A stretch of 64,000 bases of DNA from Paecilomyces variotii (GCA_004022145.1 RCNU01000002.1), one strand, 5' to 3'; shown: positions 36,992 through 52,555, numbered from the stretch's first letter. A program made the numbers and translations. The notes: generated by a model not told the origin, from the letters alone.

Positions 36992-39596
36992 ATGCCACTT
37001 CTCAGCCATCAACTCTCGAACGATCGCATCGAGGTCAATTCGAAAACTTCTGCAATTATCGCGCAGATGGAATCCCGCAGGTTACCGGCTAGGTCTCTGC
37101 CCCGGCGAAAGAGCATCACCCCCCAGCTCAGCTGTGAGCTCTGTCGTAAGCGCAAGGTGAAGTGCGACAAGCTCAATCCATGTACCAGCTGTGCCTCGAG
37201 TGGCACTGCCTGCGTTCCCATATACCGAACACGACTGCCTCGGGGCCGTCATGTCAATAATCCGCCGCATCGAGGCCCGTTGCCTCCTATGTCCACAAAA
37301 GGTCCTGGGGAGGCCGATCGGATGATCCAACATACCGTCCAAGTCAATGAGGACCTCTCGGAGCGCATCTATCGTCTCGAAGCACTCATCCAGAGTATGA
37401 AGTCCGCCCAAACGTCAACGGCGGGATCACAGGATCAGGTAAGATAACAACTTTCCTTCGCCTGCCCCATCTATCCTCGAGGATTGCTAACCTTGGCATC
37501 GATAAGTCGGCCAAGCCACCAGATACCTCAGTGTATCCTCCGACTCCCATCAGTTCTTCTACTTTGGATAATTCAACAGCCCCCAGACGTCTCATTCTAC
37601 AACGCCCCGACCAGTTTTGGGCAGATCTGGTGGATGAAGTATTACTCAGGACTCGCTGGAATGCACCACAGAGGGAAGAAAGGTGCTGACTCGGACACGT
37701 CACAGATCCATGGCCTCCACGATGTGATTAAATTCTCACTCGGGGAAGGAGAGGAAGTCCCAATACCCTCCTCTCGCTCGACTAAAATCGGGCTGTCCGA
37801 CAACGACGGGATTCCCGTCCTTGGTCTCGGAGGCGGTAATTCACTCTCAATGCCCCCAGTCGAGAGTTTGCTGCATGATTCTGCAGTTGCCCGCCAGCTG
37901 TGTGGGGTTTACCTTCAGCAGGTTGACCCTGTCATAAAAATTCTCCATCGTCCCTCTGTGAATCAGTGGATGGTCCATGGCAAGCCATATCTGGCCTATG
38001 CGGAGGGTCATCCAGCCACAGAGGCGCTGGGCTCGGCGATCTGCTACTCGGCCGTCAGCAGCATGACTGAAAACCAATGCTCCCTCATGTTTCACACCAG
38101 CAAGGCGCAGCTGATGGTCAAGTCTCGTATGGCCTGCGAGGCGGCAATTGGGCGGGCAGGTTTACTCTCCACTCGTGATATCACTGTCCTCCAAGCATTT
38201 GTCCTGTATCTGGTACGGATCTGATCCCTGGGTGGTGTCGCGTACGTAAAATAGATGACTGATCCTACTTCTCTAGGTGGCCATGAGATCAGAAGACCGC
38301 ACGCAGTGCGTCTGGACCTTAATCGCGGTGGCCGTTCGAATTGGCAAAGGCCTTGGCCTCTACCTCGACCTGGAGATAGAGACTTTCTTTGATCAGCAGA
38401 TGCGAAGGCGCCTCTGGTTTACCATTTGCCTGATGGATCTACAAGCTTCATTCTTTCAGGCATCTGAACCGCTTATCAGCGTCGAGGAATCCGCGTCCAC
38501 GGCCCTCCCACACCACATCAATGACTCGGATTTTGATCCCACAACCACACATATCGACCCCTACCGGGAGGGCCTCACCGACACGACCTTTGCGCTGGTA
38601 ACCTATCACGCCCAGCGGATAGGACGTCTGCTGAACTTCGCTCGGCACGACAGCAAGGTCGACGGGAATACTGTGCCCACCACCGCTACATCCACCTCCT
38701 CTGCTTCCTCAACATCCCACTCCCGCCGACACAAACCCAGTTGGTCACAGCATCACACCCGGCGTTTCGAAGAGGAAGCGCTCCGCCTCCTTCACTTCTG
38801 CGACCCCGAAACTTCGCAATACGCGTGGTTTACATGGCACGGCACGCAGAGTCTTATTGCAACGGCACGGCTTGCGGCCTTGCGCCCTCTCCAGCACGTT
38901 GGAAATGAGCCGCCTCCGCGCCGTGAGGGCAGTACGGAGCTACTGCGTATCTGCCTCCAGGTGCTGGAGAAAGCACATCTTATGCATACAGACCCCCGCG
39001 CGGAGGGATTGCGCTGGTATGTCACCGTCCCCTGGCATGCGCTGGCGCTCGCCATGGCCGAGTGCTATGTGAGCCTCGACGCGGCTATGGTGCAAAACGC
39101 CTGGCCGCTCATCGAGTCATCATACATACAGTACGAGGCGACTAGAGGTGGAACCCTCAGCGGTCCTCTCAGTCAACTTATGCGGCGAATGAGGGAGAAG
39201 CTGGCAGGTACAGCTCCCCTTCCGTCGGGCAGTCTCCCGAACTGCAGTTTGACCCCGGCCACGGCGACCTCTCCTGCATTATCGGGACTTCTGAACAGAC
39301 CGCAGCGTAGTAACAGTGGTAACGAACTGAACCCGTCTGACTCTCCATGGCTGTCGACTGGGGCGACCACGCCGGCGGGGCCCAGGATGCCGTCCCTCCC
39401 TTCGTTACCAACATGGCACTCGATGTCGCTCTCCTCGGAGAACTTACCCTCGCTCTTCACTGGGGATCCGCCTCCACCAGCCGTGGCGGACGGACTGCAT
39501 CCCGATACAGAGACAATATGGGAGGAGCTATTCGCGGGGGTTCCATTCAATGATATTGCAGGTCCGGATACGTTTTTCGATATGAATTGGACATGA
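36992..39596 (+). CDS. Zn(II)2Cys6 transcription factor with fungal-specific TF domain
   Basis: [53 protein letters not shown]; acidic C-terminal tail. Three introns keep the frame. The start may be 36992 or the next Met (MESRR). Confidence 0.92.
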
Positions 39597-40241
39597 TTTG
39601 GATGAGTCTCGTATCGTATGACATCATATTACTCGCGAAGAATGGTGAATAGGATGGAAATTAGCTTATATTTTGGAACACTCTCAGAGCTTCCACCATA
39701 ATTCTCAACCCCCAAAGCCTTATCAGTTTCCACCCCATCGCTAAGATGCGTGGTCAGGGGACCGTGTCAGTTGGATTAGAAAGATTCTCTGCTGCGGTGG
39801 TTTTGAAACAATATATCTATGTAGATAACTATGTACAGATACCTATACTTCGGACTGTCCAGCCCCTCGGAAACTAACAGATTATGGCCCCCAAAACAAG
39901 GTGATTCTCAGAATCCGAAACTGCTGATAAACCTATTTCATAACATTGCTAATTGATAGTTATGGCACAGTTAGGAGTTGTCAACTTGGCAGTTTCCTTC
40001 ATTCATATTCTGTTGGCTCCTTAAGTCTAAGAGTCCGGACTGAAGGTTAGATTAGGATTCATCCATCATAAGTAGAGAGCTATGATATTAAGCTATTCAA
40101 TCACAGAAAGGTGAATTACTGACGGCAACAAGACGGAAATTAGTCTAGAATAATCGAAGGAGTTTATCCCTGACTCCCCTCCCCCGCCCCCAACCCACCC
40201 TCTAACAACAAAGGAGAACCATTCAATCCTCTCCAACCCCC

Positions 40242-42002
40242 CTAACCAGATGCATACTGCGACATCGCCCTCAGCTTACTTCCCCAAAACCAAAACACCC
40301 ACGGTGCTGGCACCCCGATCACAATACTCAAAAATGCCAACAACGTATTTCCCCATCCATATTGCAACCGCTGATACATATACGGCGCAAACAACGGAAA
40401 CCCAAAGCCTGCCAAGCTTCTAAGGACAACCGCCGCGGCCATTCCACTTGCAGCGAATCTTGTGTAACTATCGATCACGTACATCTGCATACACTGCAGA
40501 CAGACAATTGACCCGAAGGAGAAGATCACAATCCCAACGTTAGGCATCACCCAGTGGATACGCGCCTGCACACTCCATCCATACCAGAACAAACCCACGG
40601 GGATAAACAACGACCCAATGAACATTGTCGGGATGCGGAATTCCGGTACGCCCGTATTGGTGTTACTCTGTTTCCTTTTCAGATAATAATAGATCCAGTC
40701 GCTGGCGCGCGCGTTGATCTGCGCGCCGAGGACAAAGCCAATGCCTAAAGAAATGTAGTTCAGTCCTCCGATCCCAACCTTCTCGCCGTAGACCCCCTCC
40801 CAAACTTGCGGAAAGGTAGAGAGGAGGAGGTAGAAGAGGCCGAAGAGGTAGGCCATGTATACTGCAATTAATTGGACGATGGGCTGGGTAGCGAGTAGGA
40901 CGAAAGGCCGGATAAGGGCTTTCTGGACCACCGACGCTAGGTTCTGGTTTTGGCCATTGTTGCCATTATTGGCATCATAATCGGTGTGATAGCGCCTGTT
41001 ACCAGTGTTTTTGCGGAGCTTTTGGGCACGACGTTTGAGAATGGTCGGCGCGTAGGTCTCTGGGAGGAAGGCCAGCCCCAGCAGTTGGAAAGCTACGCCA
41101 GCGATGCTGGTTGCCCAGAAGACCCAACGCCAGGTAACAGTCTCAGCAATGAAGCCTCCCGCGATAGGGCCCACGACGGGGCCCAGGAGGGGGGCTAAGC
41201 TATAGATGCCGACGGCTTTGCCGCGCTGGTCGGCGTTCCAACAGTCGCTTAGCGAGGGTTTTTAGCCATGTTTATCGGTACAGTGGTATGTATGTATGCG
41301 CATACAAGAAACGGGGGAGATCTACCTTAGAACACCTCCTCCAATAGCCAATGGCGCACTGCCTGCAATCCCACTCATGAATCGAAAGGCAATCAACTGG
41401 CCTGATGTCTGCGCAAACCCGCACCCTAGGTTCCAGGCTACATAGCACAGATTGCTGAACTGGAGGACATAGGCTCGCCCAAATATTTCGGACAGGGGAC
41501 CAAAGCTAAGCGGACCCAATGCATAGCCTAGCACGAACACTGACAACGCCAGTTGTGTTTCCACGTCGGAATGGATATGGGATTCATCCGCGATTTTGTT
41601 CAATGCGGGAGCGACCATGGAGGACGAGACGGGCGAGATGAAGGTGAAGAGCGAGACGGTCAGCGTCACCGCCCATTTTCGGCTCATGGACCAGTTTTTC
41701 GGGTTTTCTTTTTCCTCGAGGGTGGACCAGGAGACCTGCGTGATTATTTCTTTTTGTCAGTTCTCAGTTTGATATCTATAAGTGGGGTTGACTGAGATGA
41801 CTGACCAGGTAGGGATCTTGTTGTAAACCGTTTACTTCACCTCCAAAAGGTTGCGATAGTGTGGATTCTGTAGTCAAAAAGATTTATTACTATTATCAGA
41901 GCATTGTTTCCAAGTGAAGTTTATAGACCTGCATGACCCGTGCGGACACTCGCTTCTCGGAAACTATGTAAACATACCTTCTTTGTCTGCTATCCTAGGC
42001 AT
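40242..42002 (-). CDS. MFS efflux transporter, DHA1 family
   Basis: Four exons from ATG at 42002 (MPRIADKE). Motifs ENPKNW, GPLSEIFGR, GGGVL|SDCW...RGKAVG, WRWVFW, PETYAP and PEFRIP. Confidence 0.93.
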
Positions 42003-44560
42003 TGTGGTCGATACAACTTAGTGCAGCATAGAAGGGAAGAATAAAATATAAATATCTTTGACGCCTGCAAGAAAGTACCAGGGGTCATAAATAACAATAA
42101 AAAAAGACTGGGAAACAGTTGTCTCTACTAAAAGTGCGGACGCTCATATATGCAATCATCATTCGGATTTTAAGACCATCTCTCAAAAGCCGAGCGGCCT
42201 TACAACTCAGGCATTACATTCCCTCAAAATGGAAAAGTTTCAGATCTACCAATGTACATACAGTATTATCTTATCATCTCTTCCCATTATTGATTAGTTC
42301 TTTACATCAAAAGCCACGGATCCGGAATTATAAATTTGTCGGTCGACCACCTGGAACAGGAAGGCCACGTGGGTAGCTGCCCTGTCAAGATAAAGTTATA
42401 GTTGTGGCGTAGTTAGCCGGCGCGTAACCTCTGCTTAAGGGTGGCCTTGCGATTTCGCTACTGCAGCGCTACACCAGTTTATGCAGCCTATAAAGCATAA
42501 AGCCTTATTGCTCGGTGCTTGCGTGAAGCTGATTATAACTAGCAGCGTTGATTAAAAAGGTAGCAATTTCTTCCAACCTTATTCCCGACACATATATTGT
42601 GAACAGTATAAAGTTATAGCGTGCTTATAAACAAGTCTATTTCCAGGATTCTTATCTTCTACAGTATCCATTGCAGGGGCAGATTCTCCCGTTTTGCAGA
42701 ACAGAGGCAGACTCATGAAACTGAATAGCTACTGCTAGCCTGTTTTCCCGTTCGAAAACGACCTCTAATTGAGCTATTAGTTCACTATTCTGATTTGTTA
42801 ACTACTATGCGCTTCTAACCTCTCTTTAATACAAAGGTATGTTATGGGGATAACCGCGTCCAATCTACTGGCGATGAGCACATCTAAGTAATATTCTTAT
42901 TATATGCGCTTTTATGACTTATTTGCTAGTAGTGTATAAGAGAACTACGTTTCGGAGAAACGATACACAACGCATACTTATCCAGTTATAATTGATCCCA
43001 CTGTGACATTGGCTTAGTTCTCCTGCAGGTGGGCTGCATAACAGTTATGGCAAGTTATCCATTACTAAAGCTAGTGAAAATATTATATCTCGTTACATGC
43101 TACTATCAACTGAGAATATCGAGGTTCCACTAGGAAGTCCAGATACATTAAGTACTATTTTACATGACTAATATAGCGGATTGATCACGTACATACTACA
43201 GAATTAACCCAGAGTATATTGGAAATTATTCTGTTTTCAGTGTATAAATGTTGCTGACAGAGATTTTTTTTTTTTTTTTTTTCTGCTGCTATATTCTGTT
43301 GAATGCGTCAGAGACAGACAGCTAGGTCCACAGTTAGACTTGCTTAAATGCAAGCATGTAGGGAATCGAAAGACAATGTGAAGATGGACAACATCCCACT
43401 CGACGAATGATAGTTAGGGCCAGCTCTCTTCAGTAATCGGTCGCCTAGTCAACGTTCTTATTCAATTACTACCAAAATAAACCTAGCACTTCAATTAACA
43501 GTTAACCTATCCCATCTCAGCGTCTGTTCGGCACAGCCCGCTCTATTATGAGTAGCCCTATTAAATAGATCTAGGACCCCCCGCCCCCTCGAACCCAGTA
43601 ATAGATAATAATATAGATTCTTGCAGATCCTTTACCTTGCTGCTGGGCAAGCGTTAGGGATAATGATATTGTACCCAATCGGGTCTGTCGTGTTGCTTAA
43701 TATATATATCTGGTGAAGCCAATAGTTCTTAGCTCTCTCCAACCGGGAATAAATATGTCGTAAGGTTGTTGAATTTATGAAAACTGCGAACGCAACACTC
43801 TTGTACTTTGCCATCCTTAGCCCTCTCGACGCTATCGCGAATGCCAGCGATGATATGTGGAGCAGCCTTTTGTGGCCTGTCGGCTCATCAATTGAATTCT
43901 ACATACATATATCTCCTATGAGGTCTGCCTACCTATCTGACGAGTCCTGTGGGACAGTTACTCCTCCAGATTTCAAAGCTTCCACTTTAAAAACAATCTT
44001 ATCAGTCTCCCATGATTAGATAAATAGGAAGGGCAGGGGGCCTTTATGGAGTTGTTAGAGAAGCAGAACCTCCTGCACGCGGGTCTTATAGTCTGAATAA
44101 TATACTTACACGTTGAATCTAACATCATTGACGAAGAAAGGAAGCTATAACTATGAAGAATCTACCAGCCTGCTTTGATATACGGACCAAGTACCTATAT
44201 CTGTAAGATCCGATTTAGTATTCCAAAAAATAGTTTATAGTAAGAAAAAAAAAATGATATTATTATTATAGTTCTATTTCTTATTGTAAAGTCCCCTAAG
44301 TTATTATTATTTCTTTGGGCCAATACTATATATATTTCTAGGATAGAAGCGGGGTCGTGCCGTTTCAGCGTAGTTAATTTATCTCGTGAAGTCAATGCTA
44401 TGCTGTTAGGTGTATACTGGATTTTTTTCTGAAGTAAATGACACACAATATATCATGTTAAATCTTAGAACACCTACCACATATCTATTGTGAAATGCTG
44501 TCTTGATTATTGAAGTTGTTATTTGTTTCTTCATCATTACCTATTATCTGACTGATAGCA
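42003..44560. other. AT-rich, gene-free, apparently decayed sequence
   Basis: About 2.5 kb with no credible ORF, abundant TA/TAG/CTA by eye, a T19 run at 43264-43282 and a very AT-rich patch at ~44200-44340. Confidence 0.45.
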
Positions 44561-44819
44561 GAAAAAAATGGAAGCGGAGCATTCAAGGCGGTGAGAACGT
44601 GCGGGACAACCAACCAGGTTTAGGCGAGCGGAGCAAATGAATGCCAAGATTTACACACCCACCCAAATTTTTCGATGCGTGTATCGCAGCTCTCGCCTAA
44701 CTTGGGCTTCCAGACCGGTTATCGTCCATCTCCAGGTTGCGAACTGCTAGTCGCAACGACTTGAGAACTGCCATATACTTGACTCCAAGGATACTGGTCG
44801 CCCTTAGGAAATAGTCAAG

Positions 44820-46534
44820 ATGGCTGACATTGAGGTACGCATTGAACTTTCCGTTCTCGTGGGCGCGCAGAACCAGTATGCTCATATGCCCACTAGGAAC
44901 GTCTGCGCAGTCATGCCGAGGCCTTCGACGGCCTGCTATCATTGATACCTGCCAAATACTACTACGGAGAGGATACAAGTGTATGTGATGACCCTGTGGT
45001 CCACAATGACTGCACCGCCTTCTCCTAAAAGTGCGAAAGCTGACCGTGAATCCTCCTACAGGACCAGTGGCAGCGAAAAAAGCAGACCAAGGAACAAGCC
45101 CGCAAAGCGAAGAAGGCAAAGTTGGACCCTGACTCTGCAAAGACCGCCAAGGATGTCATGGAAGAAAATGCACGAAAGCGCAAGCGCGGTGATGAGGAGG
45201 GCGCAGAGGACGCCAGTGACAGCGACTCGTCTGTTTCAGAATTGGGCACAGAACTACCCAAGGAAGGCCTAAAACGAGGAGACGCAAAGAAGAAACAGAA
45301 GAAAGAGGCTCAGGAGGCAGAGAAGGCTGCCTCACAGTCGAAAGAAGAGGCCGAAGAACGGAAAAAGCTGAAAGCCCAGAAAAAAGCCGAAAAGAAGGCT
45401 GCACAGCGAGAAAAGAAGAAGGCCAAGGAACTTGAGAAGAAGGAAAAGAAGCAGGAAGAAGGAAAACCTACCTCAGAGTCGTCGCAAAAGTCCCAATCGA
45501 GTGCCAAGCCTGAGAAGCAAAAGTCTGCACCGGAGGAGGATGAGGACGAGGACGATGACAACGATGCGGATGAGGTGGAACAAGTTGAGGGCTTCTCCCT
45601 CGATTTCAACGAAGAACCCACTTCTACCGCCTCATCGACACCAAACTCGCCCGGCTTCGACGCCTCTAATAATGCTTCCGGCAGTTCATCAATATCCTCT
45701 ATAGTCCCTCCCAGCGCATCCGCAGATACCTCCAAGAAATCTTCATCCGAACAACAAAAAGTGCCCAAAGCCACACCAGAGGAACTGAAGCAACGTCTAC
45801 AGAAGCGTCTCGACGAGCTTCGGGCTGCCCGCCATGCGGACGGTCTCAACGGCAGGCCCGCGCGGAACAGACAAGAGTTGATTGAAGCGCGGCGGCAAAA
45901 GGCTGAACAGCGCAAGAAACACAAGAAAGAGCTCAGGCAAAAAGCCAAGGAAGAAGAACAACGGAAACAAGACGAGGCCATGGCCCGACGCTTCTCACCT
46001 AGCGGATCCGGCTCTCTTCTCGCATCACCCCGCTCCCCGGCCGATTCGACTGCATCTACCTCGAACAACTTCGCATTCGGCCGTATTACGTTTGCAGATG
46101 GTACACAAGTTGACCCTTCGCTGTCCAGCCTTATCGAGGGGCACAAGCGCAAAGGTCCTCAGGACGCCAACACGGCCCTGAAGGCCGCTGAGGCCAAGCA
46201 GTCTCGTCTCGCTACCATGGACGCAGAGAAACGCGCAGAGATCGAAGAAAAGGACATGTGGCTGAATGCAAAGAAGCGCGCCCACGGCGAGCGAGTTCGC
46301 GACGACACCTCCCTCCTAAAGAAGACTCTGAAGCGCAAGGAGACTGCGAAGAAGAAGTCAGAACGGGAATGGAAGGAACGTCTCGAGGGCGTGGCTAAGG
46401 GCAAAGATGCAAGGCAGGCCAAGCGCGAAGAGAACCTGCGCAAGCGAAAAGAAGGCAAAGGAGCAGGTAAGGGCAAGGCCCGACCCGGCTTCGAAGGTAG
46501 CTTCAAGGCCAAGGTTGGTGGCAAGAAGAAATAA
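44820..46534 (+). CDS. RRP14: Ribosome biogenesis protein Rrp14/SURF6
   Basis: MADIE|ERLRSHAEAFDGLLSLIPAKYYYGEDTS|DQWQRKKQTK (Rrp14 N-domain) and a SURF6 C-domain (GERVRDD..LKK, REENL, RPGFEG). Confidence 0.93.
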
Positions 46535-47185
46535 AAAGAAAAAAGAAAAGCAATCTATCTACTTCCCATGACTACTTTTAAATACCCTGTCATGGAAAAC
46601 AAATGAATCAGTCTCCGTTGTGTGTATGATGACCAAAAAGCAGGCAACATTCGCCCCCTAGGCGGATGTATGGGCCAGGGTACCAGTTGGCTTTGGGGGA
46701 GTCGGGAATTTTTTTTATTAAGAATTGCATTCCCATTCGTTTTATTTGCTTTCACTTTTTGAGTTCATATTTGAGGTTCCATGTGCATTAGGGAGCGATC
46801 TTTTTCTCACAAATTCAATTAGGATTGGAGTTTTGTGCGATACTTGTAGAGTGCAGCAGCATTTGTTATCCAACTGTAATACAACTATTGGTATAGGCAG
46901 TAGAGCCAAGAGACCATTGTACATTTAGCGAGGATGTGATCTTTCTTTTTTTCAGACAAAGGGAAAAATCGGCTCTATCGATTGCTGACTGGAACTAAAA
47001 TAACACAAACATAATACTTCCTTCCGAGAATACATGCATCCATGCAGAGTTGCCACTGGGGATGCTGAGTCGTGTGAGCGATGAAAAAGGACTTCTGATG
47101 ACGACATTTATGTACAGTACAGGGACAGTTGCTCCAGTAGTGTCTCCTCCTGCATGATGGGAATTATTCCACGACGGAACGTGGT

Positions 47186-48158
<973 letters not shown>

Positions 48159-48475
48159 GATGAGCGAGATCTGAGGCGCGGAGGGGAGGAGAGGGGAGGT
48201 CAGCACTGGCAAGTCGAGCAGGTCGTCGACTACGGCGGAATCAGTCGCGATGGTGGTCGAGTGCGGGTTAGGTCATTCCCTTCTGCCGCGCGCTGATTGG
48301 CCGCCGGCAGGATTTTGCTTGTCCGGCTGCCGAGCCGCAAAGGTCGAGCATCTCGACGTCTTCAATCCTGCCTCTGCCTCTGCACCAGCTCATTCATCTA
48401 CACTCCCTTCTCCTCCAGTTTCCTCTATTCTTCCCATCCAAGCACGAGCTTTGCTTCGTCCCCCCCACAGCCACC
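48159..48475. promoter_or_regulatory. Bidirectional promoter between NDUFS8 and ACP1
   Basis: 317 bp between divergent ATGs; CTGATTGG at 48293-48300 reads CCAATCAG on the minus strand; pyrimidine-rich tracts precede both ATGs. Confidence 0.55.
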
Positions 48476-49215
48476 ATGTTCCGTGCCGCCATCGTCCGCT
48501 CGCTGAGGGCCTCCGTGCCTCGCGCCGTCAGGGCTCCTGCCTCTCTCTCCATCAGAAGCTCCCCCGTTGCGCGCCCATCCCAATTCTCTCCCTGCTTCGT
48601 CTCCCAGGCTGTCAGACTCTACTCTGCTCCTGCTGGTCTGTCGAAGGATGAGGTCGAGGGCCGGATAGTCAACCTGCTCAAGAACTTCGACAAGGTGCGT
48701 GGCCAACATTTCGCCCGTGACGTGGATATCATCAGATCAAGCTGACAATTCTCCGATAACAGGTCTCTGACGCCAACAAGGTTCGTCTTTCTGTCAACTC
48801 ATCATGCAATTTGATCTCTTCGTTTTTAGGAAACCGTCTAACTCCGCACAGATCAACGGCTCTTCGCACTTCTCCAACGACCTTGGCCTGGACAGTCTGG
48901 ACACTGTTGAGGTTGTGATGGCTATTGAGGAGGTAAATCTACTCTGATCCGTGCGAAGATAATCAAAGGCGAAAGTGTTGACATGTGCAACAGGAATTCA
49001 GCATCGAGATCCCCGACAAGGATGCCGATGCCATCCACAGCGGTGAGTACTGAAAAAAAAAATCATATAACTAGCTCCATCTCGTGACAGACCAAATGCT
49101 TATAATATCACAGTTGACAAGGCTGTCGAGTACATCCTGTCTCAGCCCGACGGTGGGTTATCTCTTCCCTCCTTAACCGTGAAGATTTTTAGCTAATCTG
49201 GCCACAGCTCACTAA
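48476..49215 (+). CDS. ACP1: Mitochondrial acyl carrier protein (complex I NDUFAB1)
   Basis: Presequence MFRAAIVRSLR. Six exons give NDLGLDSLDTVEVVMAIEE|EFSIEIPDKDADAIHS|VDKAVEYILSQPD|AH*, with the phosphopantetheine-carrying DSL motif. Confidence 0.95.
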
Positions 49216-50290
49216 ATAACCCGCGAGGATACTGGAATGTTAAGAGTCAAAAAAGAGGGATTTTTGGCGTGGATATATGCGAAACTGCTAGAGCTTGAGT
49301 GTCATGTGGTCACTGGCGCTGCCTTGTACGCTTAATTCATGCCGGGGTTTCTCCCCAATTATTATCGTGTACATCATCTGCAACATGAAGCTTTGATAAA
49401 TGTCGGATCTATGTCCTCTGTTCTCGACTGGTTATTCAAGATAATGCGGAATTGAATTACTTATCTGCTGCGGTTGGCTTGCTTGATATACGGCGATGTT
49501 ACTCAGCATAGCGTCTTGCCCACGGTCAACTACCGTTCCATATGGGGACCGGCGAATGACATAGCTCCCCTTAGAACGTTAGAATATCGAATATCGTTCC
49601 AGTGTGACATTCTACTAGACTCTACAATGGTAAGATTTCGCCTGACACCTACTGGAGCAATTGACACTCGCCCTGGAACTCTCACTAGGCACAGGTTTGA
49701 TTACGTGTCTACCGCGGGAAGATATTTAGATCCCGGAGCTGTGTTATATACTTAGATCTCGATACCAGCGTGCCAATGCCTATAGGCACGAGTGGCATGT
49801 TTCCCCAGCAGGCCCAATCACATAGCCATCACTATGGAAGAACAGAGTCGCACCTGATCTGCGTTAAAATATTATTTCTTTATCTCTTTGGCGTTGTGAT
49901 CCTACGCAGATCATTGGAAGCGTGATCAGCCCCCCCCCCATGGCGGGTGCCAAGCCTCTCTTTTAGCGAGCCGCAGCGGCGCAGCGACAATGTCCGTAGA
50001 GCACGAGGCCTCACATCGCCTTTGACAGCTGGACTCTCTGGACTGCGTATAGACCCTGGGACAGTGGTACTGCTTGTGCAGTGTGAGGTCTAGGCCAATT
50101 CCTCTCTGCACTGATTGTCACTCTCAGCTTCCCCTGACGTGCTCCATCCAAAACAGACTTCCCGTGCGGATCGCGAACCACCTCTCTGCCCCCCCGAATC
50201 CCATGCTGAGAGCAACTCGGTCAATCGACTCCTGAGCTTCCCCCGCCCTCTCATCTCTAGACAAGTTCAACTACATAGCTAGATTCCCCG

Positions 50291-51571
50291 ATGGCCTCAG
50301 CCGGTGGCCTGACGCGCCGAAGAGGAGGCGGTCGAGTCGCTGGCGGAGACGACAATGAAGGCAGCCGAGTGTCGTCCCCCACGCCCAAGAATGGAGTCCC
50401 GGAGACATCGTTCACCAGCGAAGAGAATGGCCACAAGATCGCTTTTGATCCGAGGGACATCAGCGAGAGTGAGGAGAGGAGCAAGCAGCCCAAGCTGACG
50501 CTCATGGAGGAGGTGCTGCTACTTGGACTTAAGGACAAACAGGTGACTTTTCCATTCTTTTCTCTTACTCTGCCTCGTGACCTTGGAACTGACGGACTAC
50601 ATTCCTGTTTCTAGGGCTACTTGTCTTTCTGGAACGAGAATATCTCCTACGCGCTGCGAGGATGCATCGTCATCGAGCTGGCCTTCCGCGGCCGGATAAG
50701 CATGCAAAAAGACTCCTCCCGGCGGCGCTTTCCCCTGGCCGATCGGATAATCGAGGTGGTCGATGATACCCTGACGGGAGAAGTCTTGCTGGACGAGGCG
50801 CTGAAGATGATGAAGACGAGCGAGAAGATGAGCGTTAGCTCCTGGATTGATTTGATGAGCGGTACGCATTCTCGGGGAGAATGGCGGTCTTCTTGAAAAG
50901 CGAGACGTGTTAACTGATGCGATGTCGTTTTTAGGTGAGACGTGGAACCTGATGAAGATTGGCTACCAGCTGAAGCAAGTCCGTGAGCGTCTTGCCAAGG
51001 GCCTTGTCGACAAGGGAATCCTCCGCACAGAGAAGCGTAATTTCCTTCTCTTCGACATGGCAACACACCCCGTTGCCGACGGTGGTGCCAAGGAGGAAAT
51101 CCATAGACGTGTCCGCAACGTGTGCAGCAACCGTACTGTGATCCTTCCTCCCAGCCCCTGGCTCCCAGAAGACGCCGAGTTCAGATACCTTCGGACAATC
51201 ACCATGGTGTGTGCCGCGTACGCCGCCAACGTCCTTGAGAATGCGCTGGTCACAATGAGTCACGAGGCTCGTGAGAGAGCTTTTGCACAGGTGGACGAGC
51301 TACTAGCAGAATACTCCCAGTGGCCATTTGCGCGGAGGGGTGGCGGTTCGCAGGGCATTGGCGCCAACCTGGCGCAAGCCATCAACGATGAAGTCAACAA
51401 GGCGAAGGATAAGGAGCTCCAGCTTGAGGTATGTCATCTGCCCGTGTCAACGGACACGCTATCTCTGGAGAGCGCGGTGATGACGATGAGGATGCCGTTA
51501 CTAAGTGCTAACCTCCACAGATCGTCGCGGCTTGCCTGAGCGTTTTCACTCGTCTTGATTCCCTCCTATAA
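50291..51571 (+). CDS. VPS74: Golgi phosphoprotein 3 / Vps74
   Basis: GLTRRR N-terminus, [32 protein letters not shown] and [30 protein letters not shown]; three introns. Confidence 0.95.
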
Positions 51572-52555
51572 GCAGCGTATTCCGTTCATATTTCCAGCAC
51601 ACTGATCTCCCGTGCCATCCTTCCAATCCAGTTCGTCGGCTATCGATGGGGATTGCAGCTACTTACTATAATATTGGTCAATGACTGATGGATCGGAACC
51701 TGGCCGGGGCTTCTTCGTTTCTAAAGGACACCGTCCATAAACTCGGCATGATATGGCATTGACTTCGTCTACTCTCTCCTGATTCTTCCATCCCTAATAC
51801 CATCTGCCCAGTGTCAGTTCCGTCTAAAAAGCTTTTGAGGCGTGCAATATAGAGCGTTATGGTTACACAAGATTCCAGACCCAGCATGGGCGTGTGGACA
51901 CGAACAATCGGCTCCATTTTCTTATCGTTGTGGTCTTGATCGGATAAGATTGCAAATTTCTTAACCGAATATATCTTTGAACCTGAGCATTCATTGACCA
52001 GGGGAAGAAAGATGATGCGGTGCATTTTCTTTCGGTTTTCTTCTACTCCTTCCAGCCCACGCCTTTTTCCTGGATTCTGGTGGAATCTTTCAACGCTACC
52101 TCTACGTTACATCTTCTGTGAGGGGTCTCTGCTGTGTCTGTCTGGGCCTTGGTCATTGCGTATCTGCCCTTTTGTTCGAAACAATGTTGTTTGTTCACTT
52201 TCTTTCTTGACGATGTTTTAATCTACTTTATCAGATCAGCTCGGCAGAGAAGAAATGAGAAAAATTCCTTGAAAAATTCTTTCTTGTCCCATTCTTTTCT
52301 ATTTCTTGTTTACTCCATTGCCCGCTTAATCAACCGTGCTTTTCTGATGGGAGGTAGCGTGGAAGTAGTACGCTGAATCCATCAAGGTGAGGGCGTGAAA
52401 AGATGGCGGGTCCACGCGATCAATATGCTGCTTCTCCATCTGACTATATACATTAAACGATGTTTGGCCCGACTGAATATATCACAGGAATCCTATGAAA
52501 CCCAGCTACCAACCAGAAAGCAGAACTTCAACGCTACAGAGTCGTTTGGTAGCAA

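Noticed and set aside
43264..43282. T19 run as a retroposon poly(A) tail
   Set aside because: No target-site duplication or recognisable element body seen.
45310..46524. Long antisense ORFs opposite RRP14 (similar shadows occur over AOX, IF2 and ceramidase)
   Set aside because: Explained by codon and composition bias of the sense gene.
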